From an uncultured Bacteroidia bacterium (GTDB lineage: Bacteria > Bacteroidota > Bacteroidia > Bacteroidales > ML635J-15), in the NCBI GenBank assembly GCA_902800045.1, contig CADCCZ010000002.1:332131-396130 (forward strand): 64,000 nt of DNA, in the 5' to 3' direction. Positions 16,542-26,896 of this stretch are shown here, piece by piece. The notes under the pieces were generated by a model. That model did not search any database. It saw only the letters and a list, made by a program, of their open reading frames with translations, and had not been told where the DNA came from. Position numbers and translations under genes: made by a program. Position 1 is the first letter of the stretch, and each line of letters starts with the position of its first letter.

Positions 16542-17084
16542 TCACCTTGCTATCTTGAATCCTATTCTTTCGTTATCAACCGTCAATGGAAACTCTGCCA
16601 AAAGTGCTGGCATCGACAGTTTCACATAATCTTCTGCTGAATTGTGCATCTCCAAAAAACGCTTGGTTTCCGCCATAAAGTCATTGATATTGCGTACTCG
16701 CGTCTCGTAAGCCATGCTTATCGAGTTAGGCTCGTCGAAGTCAATGAAGAACGACATGCCATATTCCAAGTTAAGGTTATTTGCAATGACGCACATCCCT
16801 TCGCGGTTCACATCGTCGAGGCCTTCAAATTCTTCGACAAGATAAAATCGTAGCCTCAACAGGTTGAGGTCATCCACCGGGTCGATACTATAAATTATAG
16901 GGTTGGTGCCAATCCACATATAGTTGAGTCCCTCCACTTTTTCGGTGCGGTAACCTTCGTCTGCCAATGCCTTGCGTGACTGGCGGTAAATTTTGCCGGT
17001 AGAGACGATTCTTCCCTTCAACGCCATTGCAATCAGGCTTGCAAGCGCACCAATTATCAATATTGCAAATACTATCCGTATCAT
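16542..17084 (-). CDS. Membrane-anchored hypothetical protein (possibly a YbjN-like fold)
   Basis: ATG at 17084 and an N-terminal TM helix (IRIVFAILIIGALASLIAMAL). The soluble domain has no strong motif. Divergent from the WYL regulator gene. Confidence 0.55.
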   Translation of the reverse strand: MIRIVFAILIIGALASLIAMALKGRIVSTGKIYRQSRKALADEGYRTEKVEGLNYMWIGTNPIIYSIDPVDDLNLLRLRFYLVEEFEGLDDVNREGMCVIANNLNLEYGMSFFIDFDEPNSISMAYETRVRNINDFMAETKRFLEMHNSAEDYVKLSMPALLAEFPLTVDNERIGFKIAR

Positions 17085-17259
17085 TGTCCTTTGTTTTTCT
17101 CGAAGCAAAGGTAGGTGGCCAAATTGCCAAAGTTCGGCAGTATAGGATTTTTTTTGTATTTTCGCAGTGCATTAGCGAAAATACCGATTTTACATTATCC
17201 ATTGTTAAATGTCAATTAAAAATCTTTTTACACTGCTTGCTTTTGGCAATGCAGTATTT

Positions 17260-17267
17260 TACCTTTG
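17260..17267 (+). promoter_or_regulatory. Candidate -7 box TAccTTTG for the WYL regulator gene
   Basis: TAnnTTTG consensus, 25 bp before the ATG at 17292. Confidence 0.45.
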
Positions 17268-17291
17268 CGCTGAATTTAAAGAAGAAACGAT

Positions 17292-18203
17292 ATGGCAAGA
17301 AACTTTTTCAATAGATATGTGTGGCTGATTGACACTATACAGCGTTACAAATATATTCAGTTCGACGATTTACAGCGCGAGTGGAACAGAAGCGTATTGA
17401 ACGAAAATGGACAAGAACTGGCACAGCGCACATTCTTCAACCACAAGGATGCGATTGCCGATATGTTTGGCATCGAAATTAAGTACGACAAGGCTCGTGG
17501 CTACTACATTGCCGAAGAAGAACTCAACTTCGAAGGTTTCCGCAACTGGCTGCTCAGTTCGCTGTCTATCAACAACTTATTGCTCGAATGTTCGGATATG
17601 CGCGATAGAATTCTGTTCGATGAAGTGCCTGGCGGACAGCAATATGTAAAGACTGTTGTCGATGCAATGCGAGCAAGCACCGAACTCGAAGTTACCTACC
17701 AGAGATTCCTCGATGATGAGCCGAGGACATTCAACTTGCAGCCATATTGCATAAAATGTTTCAAGCAGAGGTGGTATGTGTTTGGCAAGAATACCTACGA
17801 CAAAAAACTGAAATGCTATGCCTTCGACCGCGTGATGTCGATGCACAGTACCGACAAGAAATTCAAGTTGCCCAAAAGTTTCGATGCAAAGGAATACTTT
17901 GAACCGCTGTATGGCATTGTCGGTGGCGGAGAGAAACCGGAACTAGTAAAAATCAAGGTTATCGACGAGCAACGCGGACACATTCGCACACTTCCTCTGC
18001 ATTCGTCGCAGAAGGAAACCGAAACAAAGGAAGAGTACTCTATTTTCTCGTACTACATGGTTCCCTCCTTCGATTTTTTAATGGAATTGCTCTCGATGGA
18101 AGATATGGTGGAGGTGCTTGCCCCCGAAAAGTTCCGCAAGGAAATAAAACGGCAGATAGATGGGATGTACAGGCTGTATAAACAAGAGAAAAGACGCCCC
18201 TAA
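17292..18203 (+). CDS. WYL domain-containing transcriptional regulator
   Basis: N-terminal wHTH-like region (RYVWLIDTIQRY...), and a WYL core with EVTYQRF...PRTFNLQPYCIKCFKQRWYVFGKN...YAFDRV. Confidence 0.75.
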   Translation: MARNFFNRYVWLIDTIQRYKYIQFDDLQREWNRSVLNENGQELAQRTFFNHKDAIADMFGIEIKYDKARGYYIAEEELNFEGFRNWLLSSLSINNLLLECSDMRDRILFDEVPGGQQYVKTVVDAMRASTELEVTYQRFLDDEPRTFNLQPYCIKCFKQRWYVFGKNTYDKKLKCYAFDRVMSMHSTDKKFKLPKSFDAKEYFEPLYGIVGGGEKPELVKIKVIDEQRGHIRTLPLHSSQKETETKEEYSIFSYYMVPSFDFLMELLSMEDMVEVLAPEKFRKEIKRQIDGMYRLYKQEKRRP

Positions 18204-21115
18204 TTTCTCACCGCCCTGTTCAATATCTCCAGCGGATGCAGCGCCTCTACCCCCGTTCCGTCCTTGATTTGGCAACGGCAACTTGTGCCGACGGCTGAAA
18301 TTATAGTGTTAGGCTCGGCATTGCGTACAGCGGGGAACAACACCAGCTCGCCAATTTTCATCGAAAGTTCGTAGTGCTCCTTCTCGTAGCCGAACGAACC
18401 GGCCATACCACAGCAACCGCTAGGAATTTCCTTAACCGTAAAATTCTTCGGCAACGACAAAGCCTTCAAGGTGAATTTCGTCCCGATTAGCGACTTCTGC
18501 TGGCAATGTCCGTGGAACATAATGCTTGCAGCCTCATCGGTAAACATTTCGGAACTTATATTGCCACAGTCGATTTCACGGCAGATAAACTCGTCGAACA
18601 GAAGCGCATTTTTGGCAAGGTTTTCGGCTTTGGAGCGGTTTTCATTTGTGACAAGGTCGGGATATTCGTCGCGGAAAGCAAAGATTGCCGACGGTTCGAT
18701 GCCGACAAGCGGAGTTTCGTCGCTTATGATGTCGCCGAGCATTTCGATATTGGCGTTTGCAATCTTCTTCGCCTTGCGCACAAGCCCCTTGCTGAGCCAG
18801 GTGCGCGCGCTTTCCTTCGACTTGGCAAGCCTTACCTCGTAGCCAAGCTTTGTAAACAGCGAAACCGCATCTACGGCAATATGTGTGTCCAAGTAGCGCG
18901 AAAATTCATCAACGAAAAGGTAAATTGTCTTTTTCGGTTTTTCGGTTCGCGTCTCCCCTATTTTGCGCACCTGTTTCCTAAGATTTACCGTACTCATCAG
19001 CGGAATGCTCCTTTCGGTGCTGAAACTGATGGTTTTCTGGATTATTTTCGCGAAAAACTTGTTCTTGAAGAAGAAATTCGAGATATGCGGAACCATTGCC
19101 GCCAGCCTGTACAATCGCGGTTGCATAGCCACAGCACGACTGCGCAACGGAACTCCATAATGGTCGTAGTAATGCTGAAGAAATTCCATTTTCAGCTTGG
19201 CAACATCCACACCCGACGGACATTCCGACTTGCAGGCCTTGCACAGCAGGCACTGGTCGAGCACTTCGTAGGCTTCCTTCTCCATAAAGGGGTCTGGCTT
19301 GGTGGAATTTGTAATCAGTTCGCGGAGAATGTTGGCACGGGCGCGTGTGGAGTTCTGCTCGTTGCGCGTAGCCTGAAAACTCGGGCAGAGCGTTCCGCCA
19401 ATGATGTGCGACTTGCGGCAGTCGCCAGCACCGTTGCACTTTTCGGCAGTGCGCAGATAACCGCCAGTACGCGAAAAGTCAAAGTAGGTTTCAATCTCGC
19501 GGGTCTGCTGTCCGGGCTTGTAGCGCAGATGGGTGTTCATCTTCGGTGTACCGATTATCTTGTTGGCGTTGAACACATTGTCCTTGTCCCAGACCTTTTT
19601 CAACTCGACAAACATTTCGTATATTTTGTCGCCAAGCATCAACGGAATGAACTCACCGCGCAAGCGACCGTCGCCATGTTCGCCACTGAGCGAACCGTGA
19701 TATTTTTTCACCAGTTTTGCAGTCTCCAACGCAACAGTATGAAAAAGTTCCACATCGTGGGCATCCTTTAGGTTCAGAATCGGACGCAGATGCAGTTCGC
19801 CAGTGCTGATGTGGGCATAGAAAACACATTCGAGCCCCAACCTTTCGAGCATAGCGCGGAAATCCTTCATATACGCTGGCAAATCCTTGGGATTCACTGC
19901 TGTATCTTCAATCACAGGTGCAGGTTTGCGGTCGCCGGGCATATTGCCAAGCACGCCAAGTCCAGCCTTGCGCAACGCCCACACCTTTGGAATATCGGCA
20001 CCACGGACAATGGGATAGCAATAGCCGTAGTTGTGACTGCGCAAGTCGGCTTCGAGAGCCTCAATCTGCTGCTGAATCCAGTTTTCGTCGTCGTTCACCC
20101 ACTCCACAATCAGCACGCCTTCGGGGTCGCCTTCCACAAAGAAGCGGTTTTGCCGCTGGGCGATGTTCTCCTTGGTAAGGTCGAGTACCTTCTTGTCCAT
20201 CAGTTCAATAGACGACGGCGAGTATTTCAGCGCAACAAGGTTAGCCTCGAAAACTTCGTCCAAGGTTGCCGTGTGAACGCACATCAGGGCCTTGTTTGCC
20301 GAAGGCTTATCGACAAGGTTCAACTTTATCTCGGTGATGAACGCCAAAGTGCCTTCCGAACCGGCAATGAGCTTGCAGAAGTTGAATTTCTTGTCGGAAT
20401 TGCCAAAAATCTCGTTGTCGAGAAGGCAATCGAGGGCATAGCCGGTGTTACGGCGGCGGATTTCGGGGTCGGGATAGTTGGCTTTTATTTCATCGACCAC
20501 ATTTTTGTTTGAAAGCAAGTCGCGGATATGGCGGTAAATGTCGCCTTCGAGCGACTGAAGTTCGCACTTGGCATTAAACTCCTCGCGGGTAAGTTCGCCG
20601 AAAGTAACATCGGAACCATCTGACAATATGCATCTTACCTCCAACAAATGGTCGCGAGTACTGCCGTAGATTAGCGAGTGCGAACCGCAGGAGTTGTTGC
20701 CAACCATTCCCGAAATCATACAGCGGTTTGATGTGGAAGTTTCAGGACCGAAGAAAAGATTATGCGGAGCAAGGTATTTGTTCAGTTCGTCGAGCACAAT
20801 GCAGGGCTGAATGCGAATCCATTTCTCTTCCTTGTTGAGTTCCAGCACCTTGCCAAAGTTTTTCGACACATCCACCACGATTCCGTTTCCCACCACCTGA
20901 CCGGCAATTGAAGTTCCCGAAGCGCGAGGAATGATGCTAAGACCATTTTCGCGGGCAAAGCGGATTACGGCGCGAATGTCGTCGTTGTCCTCGGGCACGC
21001 AGACCGCCATCGGCATTTCGCGGTATGCCGAAGCGTCGGTGGCATAGATTATCCTGTGTATGTTGTCGGTGCAGACAGCACCCTTGAAGTTTGCTTTTAA
21101 CTTATTGAAATCCAT
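18200..21115 (-). CDS. FAD-binding and Fe-S-binding oxidoreductase (GlcD/GlcF-like fusion, D-lactate dehydrogenase family)
   Basis: 971 aa. N-terminal FAD-binding PCMH-type region (IIPRASGTSIAGQ), a 4Fe-4S motif CLLCKACKSECPSG, and C-terminal CCG-type cysteine motifs (SGCCGMAGSFG). Confidence 0.85.
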   Translation of the reverse strand: MDFNKLKANFKGAVCTDNIHRIIYATDASAYREMPMAVCVPEDNDDIRAVIRFARENGLSIIPRASGTSIAGQVVGNGIVVDVSKNFGKVLELNKEEKWIRIQPCIVLDELNKYLAPHNLFFGPETSTSNRCMISGMVGNNSCGSHSLIYGSTRDHLLEVRCILSDGSDVTFGELTREEFNAKCELQSLEGDIYRHIRDLLSNKNVVDEIKANYPDPEIRRRNTGYALDCLLDNEIFGNSDKKFNFCKLIAGSEGTLAFITEIKLNLVDKPSANKALMCVHTATLDEVFEANLVALKYSPSSIELMDKKVLDLTKENIAQRQNRFFVEGDPEGVLIVEWVNDDENWIQQQIEALEADLRSHNYGYCYPIVRGADIPKVWALRKAGLGVLGNMPGDRKPAPVIEDTAVNPKDLPAYMKDFRAMLERLGLECVFYAHISTGELHLRPILNLKDAHDVELFHTVALETAKLVKKYHGSLSGEHGDGRLRGEFIPLMLGDKIYEMFVELKKVWDKDNVFNANKIIGTPKMNTHLRYKPGQQTREIETYFDFSRTGGYLRTAEKCNGAGDCRKSHIIGGTLCPSFQATRNEQNSTRARANILRELITNSTKPDPFMEKEAYEVLDQCLLCKACKSECPSGVDVAKLKMEFLQHYYDHYGVPLRSRAVAMQPRLYRLAAMVPHISNFFFKNKFFAKIIQKTISFSTERSIPLMSTVNLRKQVRKIGETRTEKPKKTIYLFVDEFSRYLDTHIAVDAVSLFTKLGYEVRLAKSKESARTWLSKGLVRKAKKIANANIEMLGDIISDETPLVGIEPSAIFAFRDEYPDLVTNENRSKAENLAKNALLFDEFICREIDCGNISSEMFTDEAASIMFHGHCQQKSLIGTKFTLKALSLPKNFTVKEIPSGCCGMAGSFGYEKEHYELSMKIGELVLFPAVRNAEPNTIISAVGTSCRCQIKDGTGVEALHPLEILNRAVRN

Positions 21116-21358
21116 TCGTTATGCCTTTTTGTAAAGAGACTTGGCAAAGGTATAAAAACTTTTTGTAAAGGACATTGGAGAAGGGAAAACAAGCGAATTT
21201 TCTTCTTATTCTTAATAAAAATGAAAAATATATCCATTTTAAACAGCATATAAACATTTTTATGCAACACAATACCATTTTTGTCTAATAACTACCATGT
21301 AAACATTTTCTCTTTTAATTTTTCATTATATTTGAATTCAATTAATATCATATCAAAT

Positions 21359-24300
21359 ATGAAAAAAATATTATTTGTAATTGTCTTACTATTAATAGTA
21401 TCGGTTACATGGGGACAGACGGAATCCGACCTCCAATTCATAGAGCAAACTCTTGAAAATCGTGGCGAAGTGGTGCTAAGATTCCCACACAACGGAAATC
21501 GTGAGCTTGTACGCGAACTCAACCGCATAATGTCAATCGACAGGGTAAATGACACATACGCGGAAGCCTACGCAAACCGCACAGAATACGAACAGTTCAA
21601 GACATACGGCATTGAATATGAGCCTGTTTACGAATATTACCGTCAGACTCGTGCATTGAATATGGCTACAAGTGTTGCTCAGATGGCAAACTGGGATAGA
21701 TACCCAACCTACGCTGTATATCTGGAGATGATGCAGAACTACGCACAGAACTATCCTACTTTGTGCAAGATGGATACTATCGGTCATTCGGTTTACGGTC
21801 GCCCGATTATAAATATGACAATTTCGGACAATGTGGGCGTTGACGAGGACGAACCCGAATTCTGGTGGAGCAGTACAATGCACGGCGACGAAACTTCGGG
21901 ATGGTACTTCCTTATCCGCCTTGTCGATGACCTGCTGACAAAATACGGCACCGACCCGCAGATTACAAACCTCGTGAACAATGTGGAGATATACATTTCG
22001 CCCAACACCAACCCCGACGGCACTTTCTACCGCTCCAACGACGGCACAAGCATTGCCAATGCACGCAGATACAACTACAACAGCGTTGACCTTAACAGAA
22101 ACTTCCCGTTCGTAACCAATACGGCAAGCCACACGGCACAATATCCAAACGAACCAGAAATCACTATGATGACAGCCTACGCCGATGCACACAACTTTGT
22201 GATGTCGGCAAATTGCCACGGCGGCGACGAATGTATGAACTACCCGTGGGACGAAGACGGCTGGACACACGCAGCACACCCGAATCCCGACGACAGTTGG
22301 TGGGAATACATCTCGTGGATGTTCGTAGATACCGTACACGCAATAAACGCCAACAGATTTACTGGACCATCGGATGTTAGCGGCTCGAACGGTGTAACAA
22401 AAGGTAGTGAATGGTACTCTATTGACGGTGGCCGTCAGGACTATATGAACTACTACAAGCATATCAAGGAGACTACGGTTGAATTTACATCTGATAAGAA
22501 ACTGGGATCAGAAAATCTGGTTGCTTTCTGGGGATACTACCGCAAGTCGATTCTTAACTATACCGAGCAAGTCCTCTACGGTTTCCGTGGAATAGTGACC
22601 GACGGCTGTACAAACCAGCCACTTAGCGATGTAAAAGTCTTCATCAACAACCACGATGCCGACGGAACCGAAGTCTATACCGCAGCACCTGTGGGCGACT
22701 ACCACCGCCCGATATATGCAGGCACCTACAGCGTTACATTCTCGAAGGAAGGCTACACATCGCAGACTTTAGAAATTACCACGCAGAATATGGCAAGCAC
22801 ACGTCTAGATGTAACATTATACCCCGAAGGCACAATAGTTCCGACATTTACAGCAAACCCAACGACATTGTACGAAGGTAGCAGCGTCCAGTTTACCAAC
22901 ACTACTTCCGGCAACTATGTTTCTTCGTCGTGGACTTTCGATGGCGGTTCGCCAGCAACAAGCACCGCAACCAATCCAAGCGTAACATACAACACTCACG
23001 GGACTTACGATGCAACACTCACCATAGTTAACACAAATGGTTGCTCGGCATCAACGACCGGACAAATCACCGTATATGAAGCCGTTCCGCCAGTTGCCGA
23101 CTTCGCAGCATCGGAGACCAGCATATCGACAGGCAGTTCAGTAACATTTACCGACCTTTCTACGAACATGCCAAATTCATGGTCATGGACTTTCGAAGGT
23201 GGCAATCCAGCGACATCAACAGAACAGAATCCAAGTGTAACCTATAGCGAACCCGGCGAATACACGGTAACGCTTGTTGCAACGAACGCTTTCGGTTCTG
23301 ATACGGAAACAAAGACTGAATACATCAATGTCGTATCAATAATAGACATGAGCAGCGAGCCAATATATGTATGCAGCGGTACATATCGCGATCCAAGTGG
23401 CGATGGCAACTATGCAAACAGTATCAATAATCTTACTCAGACAATATATCCAGCAACCAGCGGAGCGTATGTCAGACTTACATTCAGCGAGTTTTCGCTT
23501 GAAGCAGCAGGAAATACAGGATGCTACGACAAGTTATACATATACGATGGAACATCTACTTCGGCACCTGTACTGGTCGATGGTGTATGCGGCACCAACA
23601 ATCCGGGAACCGTAACAGCAACCAACGCGGATGGAGCATTAACGATAATGTTCTACTCCGACCAATACGAAGTTTCTTCGGGTTGGGTTGCCGAAATAAG
23701 CTGCTATGTCCAGGAACCGGAAGCTGCATTCACTGCAACTGCTGACGGATGCTCTCACGACATAACATTAAACAACGGATCAGCATTCGCTACTTCATAC
23801 CTCTGGAACTTTGGTGACGGTACTACTTCAACCGAAGCAAATCCTACACATACTTACGCAGCCAACGGCACTTATACAATAGTACTTACCGCTACAAATT
23901 CTTTGGGCAGCAGCACAATTTCTCACCAAGTTGAAATTTCTGCTCCCGAAATCACTTCGGTAACCAATGCAAGCGGATGCGGAAGCTCAACGCTTACACT
24001 TTCGGCACAGGGAACCGGCACATTGCACTGGTTCGACGCTCAGACCGGAGGCACTGAACTAGAAACAGGCGATTCCTACACCAACACATTCGCAGCAACA
24101 ACTACCGTTTATGTAGAATCGCAAGTAGGTACCGAGGAGACCTACAACGTAGGTATTGCAAACAACTCTTCGGCAACCACGTATACGCAAAGCCAGAACA
24201 GGGGACTCGCCTTTACTGTTTCGCAGGCACTTACACTGGTTTCGGTTGATATATATTGCTCACAGGCTAACCAGAACAAGACAATAACAATAACCAACAG

Positions 24301-26845
24301 CTCGAACCAGACAGTACACACAAGCACACACACGCTTGCATCGGGACTTAACACATTGACATTAAACGCAGAACTTGAACCTGGAACATACAATATCACT
24401 ACAAATGTTCGTTACACCTACAGACAGGCCACAAGTTTCCCATATACCATTGACAATGTAATCAGTATAACAGGACAATATAACTACCAATACGGCACGC
24501 AATACTACTATACCTTCTACAACTGGGTTGTAAAAACCGGCAGCACCTGCACAAGCGAGCGCACACCTGTAACCGCCACTATCTCCGAATCGGGCAGCAT
24601 AGACCTTGGCGAACCTATTACACAATGCGGTGGTACTGCTACAATTGATGCAGGAAACGGATTCAACAGCTACACTTGGAGCAACGGACAAACAACACAA
24701 AGCATTACGGTAAGCCAAAGCGGCACATACTCAGTAACTGCAAGCAACGGACAATGCGAAGTGACAGCTACAAGAGTTGTTACAATAAATCCTGTTCCAT
24801 CGGTTTCGATAACAGAAAGCAACGACGTGCTTACCGCAAATGCAACATCAGGCTCTGGCGACTACAGCTATTTGTGGTCGGAGGGCAATGCGACAACACA
24901 AAGCATCGACATGACGCACAATGGTAACTACTGCGTAACCGTAAGCGATTCAAACGGCTGTCAGGCTTCGGATTGTATCGACGCAACAATGGACGACATC
25001 GAAATAAGCATCGCCGACACCGAACACGGAAGCATATCGGGCGAAACATCGGTTGAATACGACGGTAACTACACATTTACTGTTACCCCCGACAACTGCT
25101 ACGAAATAGCTTCGGTTACTATTAACGGCACTGAAGTCGCTCTCGACGCCAACAACTCGTACACCATCAACAATGTAACAGCACCACAGAGCATATCGGC
25201 AACATTCAGCCCGATTACTTACACAATAACTGCAACAGCAGGCAACGGAGGAAATATCACTCCTGGAACAAGCAATGTCAACTGCGGCGACAATATCACT
25301 TTTGCTATTAGTGCAAACAATGGCTACCGCATAGTTGACGTAACCGTCGACGGACAAAGCATGGGCTCTATAGAAAGTTATACGTTCTCGAACGTTACTG
25401 ACAACCACTCAATTGCTGCAACATTCATCACAGTTCTCAACATCGACATCAATGCCGATGCAGAGGGCGGTTCGGTAACTCCAAACGGAACACAGACTCT
25501 CGACGCTGGCGAAAGTTTCACTTTCACCGTTACCCCCGACAATTGCTACGAAATCGGCAACGTTACTGTAAACGGAGTTGCTGTAACTCTTGATGCAAAC
25601 AATTCGTACACAATCAATAATGTAACTGCAGACCAAAACATCAATGTTACGTTTAACCAATTGTCGTACACTATCACAGCATCGGCTGGCAATGGAGGCA
25701 ATATCACTCCAAGAACAAGCAACGTCAACTGTGGCGACGACATTACATTTACAATCACTCCCGACGACGGATACATGATTGCCGACCTGCTTGTTGACGG
25801 ACAAAGTACAGGTTCGGAAAGTTCATATACTTTCTCTGATGTAACTGCAAACCACACTATTTCGGCAACTTTCGAGCCGATACCTGCAGGTGAAATTGTA
25901 ATTGTCGTAAATTCCGACGATGAAGGCGGCACGGTAACTCCTAACGGAACTCAGACAATCACCGAAGGCAACGACTTCACATTCACAGTTACTCCCGATG
26001 CTTGCTACGAAATCGGAATTGTAACCGTAAACGGAAATGAAGTTTCGCTTGACGAAAACAACTCGTATACAATCGAGAATGTAACCGAAGAACAGACTGT
26101 TAATGTAACATTCAACCAGATTACATACATAATTACGTCAAGTGCAAGCAATGGAGGCACAATAACTCCTGCTGGCAATACTGAAGTCAACTGCGGTGAA
26201 AGCATGACTTTCGTAATCGCAGCCAACGAAAGCTACGAAATTGCCGATGTTACAGTTGACGGACAAAGCATTGGTGCCGTTGAAAGCTATACATTCGACA
26301 ATGTAACAAGCGCACATACGATCAATGCAATATTCAGCGAAATAATTGTAATTCCCGACTGCTACGCTGTTACCGACCTTACTGCAAGAACAGAAACATA
26401 CGGAAACGTATTGTCGTGGAATGCAGCAGAAAATGCAGTATCGTACGACATCTATCGCAATGATGTTAGAATTGCAACAGAAGCCGGCACAGCATTCATC
26501 GACTTGCAAGGACACGATGGCGATACCTACTACATCATTACTAACTGTACAAACGGTGGCACATCGGATGCGTCAGAAACCGCAACTGCTACAATTACTG
26601 GCATAGATGAAATTGCAAGCAGCATAAGCGTATATCCTAACCCTGCATCGGATATTGTAACAATAAGTGCCGACGAAGCCATAACACACATTGAAATTGT
26701 TTCTATTACAGGACAGACATTGCGCACCGAAGAGGTCAACAGCGACAGAATCGAATGCAACATAGAATCGATTCCTGCTGGAACTTATCTGATAAGGATA
26801 TTCGGCAATACAAATGTTTATGTGAAGAAGTTGGTAATCAAATAA
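21359..26845 (+). CDS. Large T9SS-secreted multidomain protein with an N-terminal M14 zinc carboxypeptidase
   Basis: Signal peptide MKKILFVIVLLLIVSV. M14 motifs HGDETSG, NPDG and DLNRNF. Several PKD-like modules (WTFDGGSPATST..., WNFGDGTTST). Three tandem InlB-B-repeat-like double modules. C-terminal sorting domain SVYPNPASDIVTIS...YVKKLVIK. Confidence 0.85.
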   Translation: MKKILFVIVLLLIVSVTWGQTESDLQFIEQTLENRGEVVLRFPHNGNRELVRELNRIMSIDRVNDTYAEAYANRTEYEQFKTYGIEYEPVYEYYRQTRALNMATSVAQMANWDRYPTYAVYLEMMQNYAQNYPTLCKMDTIGHSVYGRPIINMTISDNVGVDEDEPEFWWSSTMHGDETSGWYFLIRLVDDLLTKYGTDPQITNLVNNVEIYISPNTNPDGTFYRSNDGTSIANARRYNYNSVDLNRNFPFVTNTASHTAQYPNEPEITMMTAYADAHNFVMSANCHGGDECMNYPWDEDGWTHAAHPNPDDSWWEYISWMFVDTVHAINANRFTGPSDVSGSNGVTKGSEWYSIDGGRQDYMNYYKHIKETTVEFTSDKKLGSENLVAFWGYYRKSILNYTEQVLYGFRGIVTDGCTNQPLSDVKVFINNHDADGTEVYTAAPVGDYHRPIYAGTYSVTFSKEGYTSQTLEITTQNMASTRLDVTLYPEGTIVPTFTANPTTLYEGSSVQFTNTTSGNYVSSSWTFDGGSPATSTATNPSVTYNTHGTYDATLTIVNTNGCSASTTGQITVYEAVPPVADFAASETSISTGSSVTFTDLSTNMPNSWSWTFEGGNPATSTEQNPSVTYSEPGEYTVTLVATNAFGSDTETKTEYINVVSIIDMSSEPIYVCSGTYRDPSGDGNYANSINNLTQTIYPATSGAYVRLTFSEFSLEAAGNTGCYDKLYIYDGTSTSAPVLVDGVCGTNNPGTVTATNADGALTIMFYSDQYEVSSGWVAEISCYVQEPEAAFTATADGCSHDITLNNGSAFATSYLWNFGDGTTSTEANPTHTYAANGTYTIVLTATNSLGSSTISHQVEISAPEITSVTNASGCGSSTLTLSAQGTGTLHWFDAQTGGTELETGDSYTNTFAATTTVYVESQVGTEETYNVGIANNSSATTYTQSQNRGLAFTVSQALTLVSVDIYCSQANQNKTITITNSSNQTVHTSTHTLASGLNTLTLNAELEPGTYNITTNVRYTYRQATSFPYTIDNVISITGQYNYQYGTQYYYTFYNWVVKTGSTCTSERTPVTATISESGSIDLGEPITQCGGTATIDAGNGFNSYTWSNGQTTQSITVSQSGTYSVTASNGQCEVTATRVVTINPVPSVSITESNDVLTANATSGSGDYSYLWSEGNATTQSIDMTHNGNYCVTVSDSNGCQASDCIDATMDDIEISIADTEHGSISGETSVEYDGNYTFTVTPDNCYEIASVTINGTEVALDANNSYTINNVTAPQSISATFSPITYTITATAGNGGNITPGTSNVNCGDNITFAISANNGYRIVDVTVDGQSMGSIESYTFSNVTDNHSIAATFITVLNIDINADAEGGSVTPNGTQTLDAGESFTFTVTPDNCYEIGNVTVNGVAVTLDANNSYTINNVTADQNINVTFNQLSYTITASAGNGGNITPRTSNVNCGDDITFTITPDDGYMIADLLVDGQSTGSESSYTFSDVTANHTISATFEPIPAGEIVIVVNSDDEGGTVTPNGTQTITEGNDFTFTVTPDACYEIGIVTVNGNEVSLDENNSYTIENVTEEQTVNVTFNQITYIITSSASNGGTITPAGNTEVNCGESMTFVIAANESYEIADVTVDGQSIGAVESYTFDNVTSAHTINAIFSEIIVIPDCYAVTDLTARTETYGNVLSWNAAENAVSYDIYRNDVRIATEAGTAFIDLQGHDGDTYYIITNCTNGGTSDASETATATITGIDEIASSISVYPNPASDIVTISADEAITHIEIVSITGQTLRTEEVNSDRIECNIESIPAGTYLIRIFGNTNVYVKKLVIK
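24992..26337 (+). repeat. Three tandem in-frame repeats of about 450 bp inside the T9SS protein gene
   Basis: Units of about 24992-25425, 25426-25872 and 25873-26337 each encode FTFTVTPDxCYEI...VTVNG...NNSYTI.NVT...YTITA.AGNGGNITP...VDGQS. DNA-level similarity is clear, for example gttacccccgacaa(c/t)tgctacgaaat. Confidence 0.85.
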
Positions 26846-26868
26846 TCAAACCGATTGATAAAATAAAA

Positions 26869-26896
26869 ACGCCAAGAAATTCTTGGCGTTTTTATT
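26869..26896. terminator. Bidirectional rho-independent terminator between convergent genes
   Basis: ACGCCAAGAaatTCTTGGCGT flanked by A-rich and T-rich runs. Confidence 0.75.

Noticed and set aside
2776-18203. Interpreting the accessory segment as an integrated mobile element such as an ICE, prophage or transposon.
   Set aside because: No integrase, recombinase, transposase, conjugation or phage structural gene occurs within it. No tRNA or long direct repeats lie at its borders. Only small mosaic repeats and a MITE-like element are visible.
18506-19771. Long antisense ORFs inside well-supported genes: 18506..19771 and 19790..20512 opposite the FAD/Fe-S oxidoreductase, 44787..45914 opposite pckA, 49227..50567 opposite gltX, 39447..40235 opposite kbl, 21533..22462 opposite the M14 protein, and 54048..54878 opposite the MFS gene.
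   Set aside because: Their translations are low-complexity, Arg/Val/His-rich and carry no recognisable motif. The opposite-strand genes have unambiguous conserved signatures. Shadow ORFs of this kind are expected opposite genes with strong codon bias.
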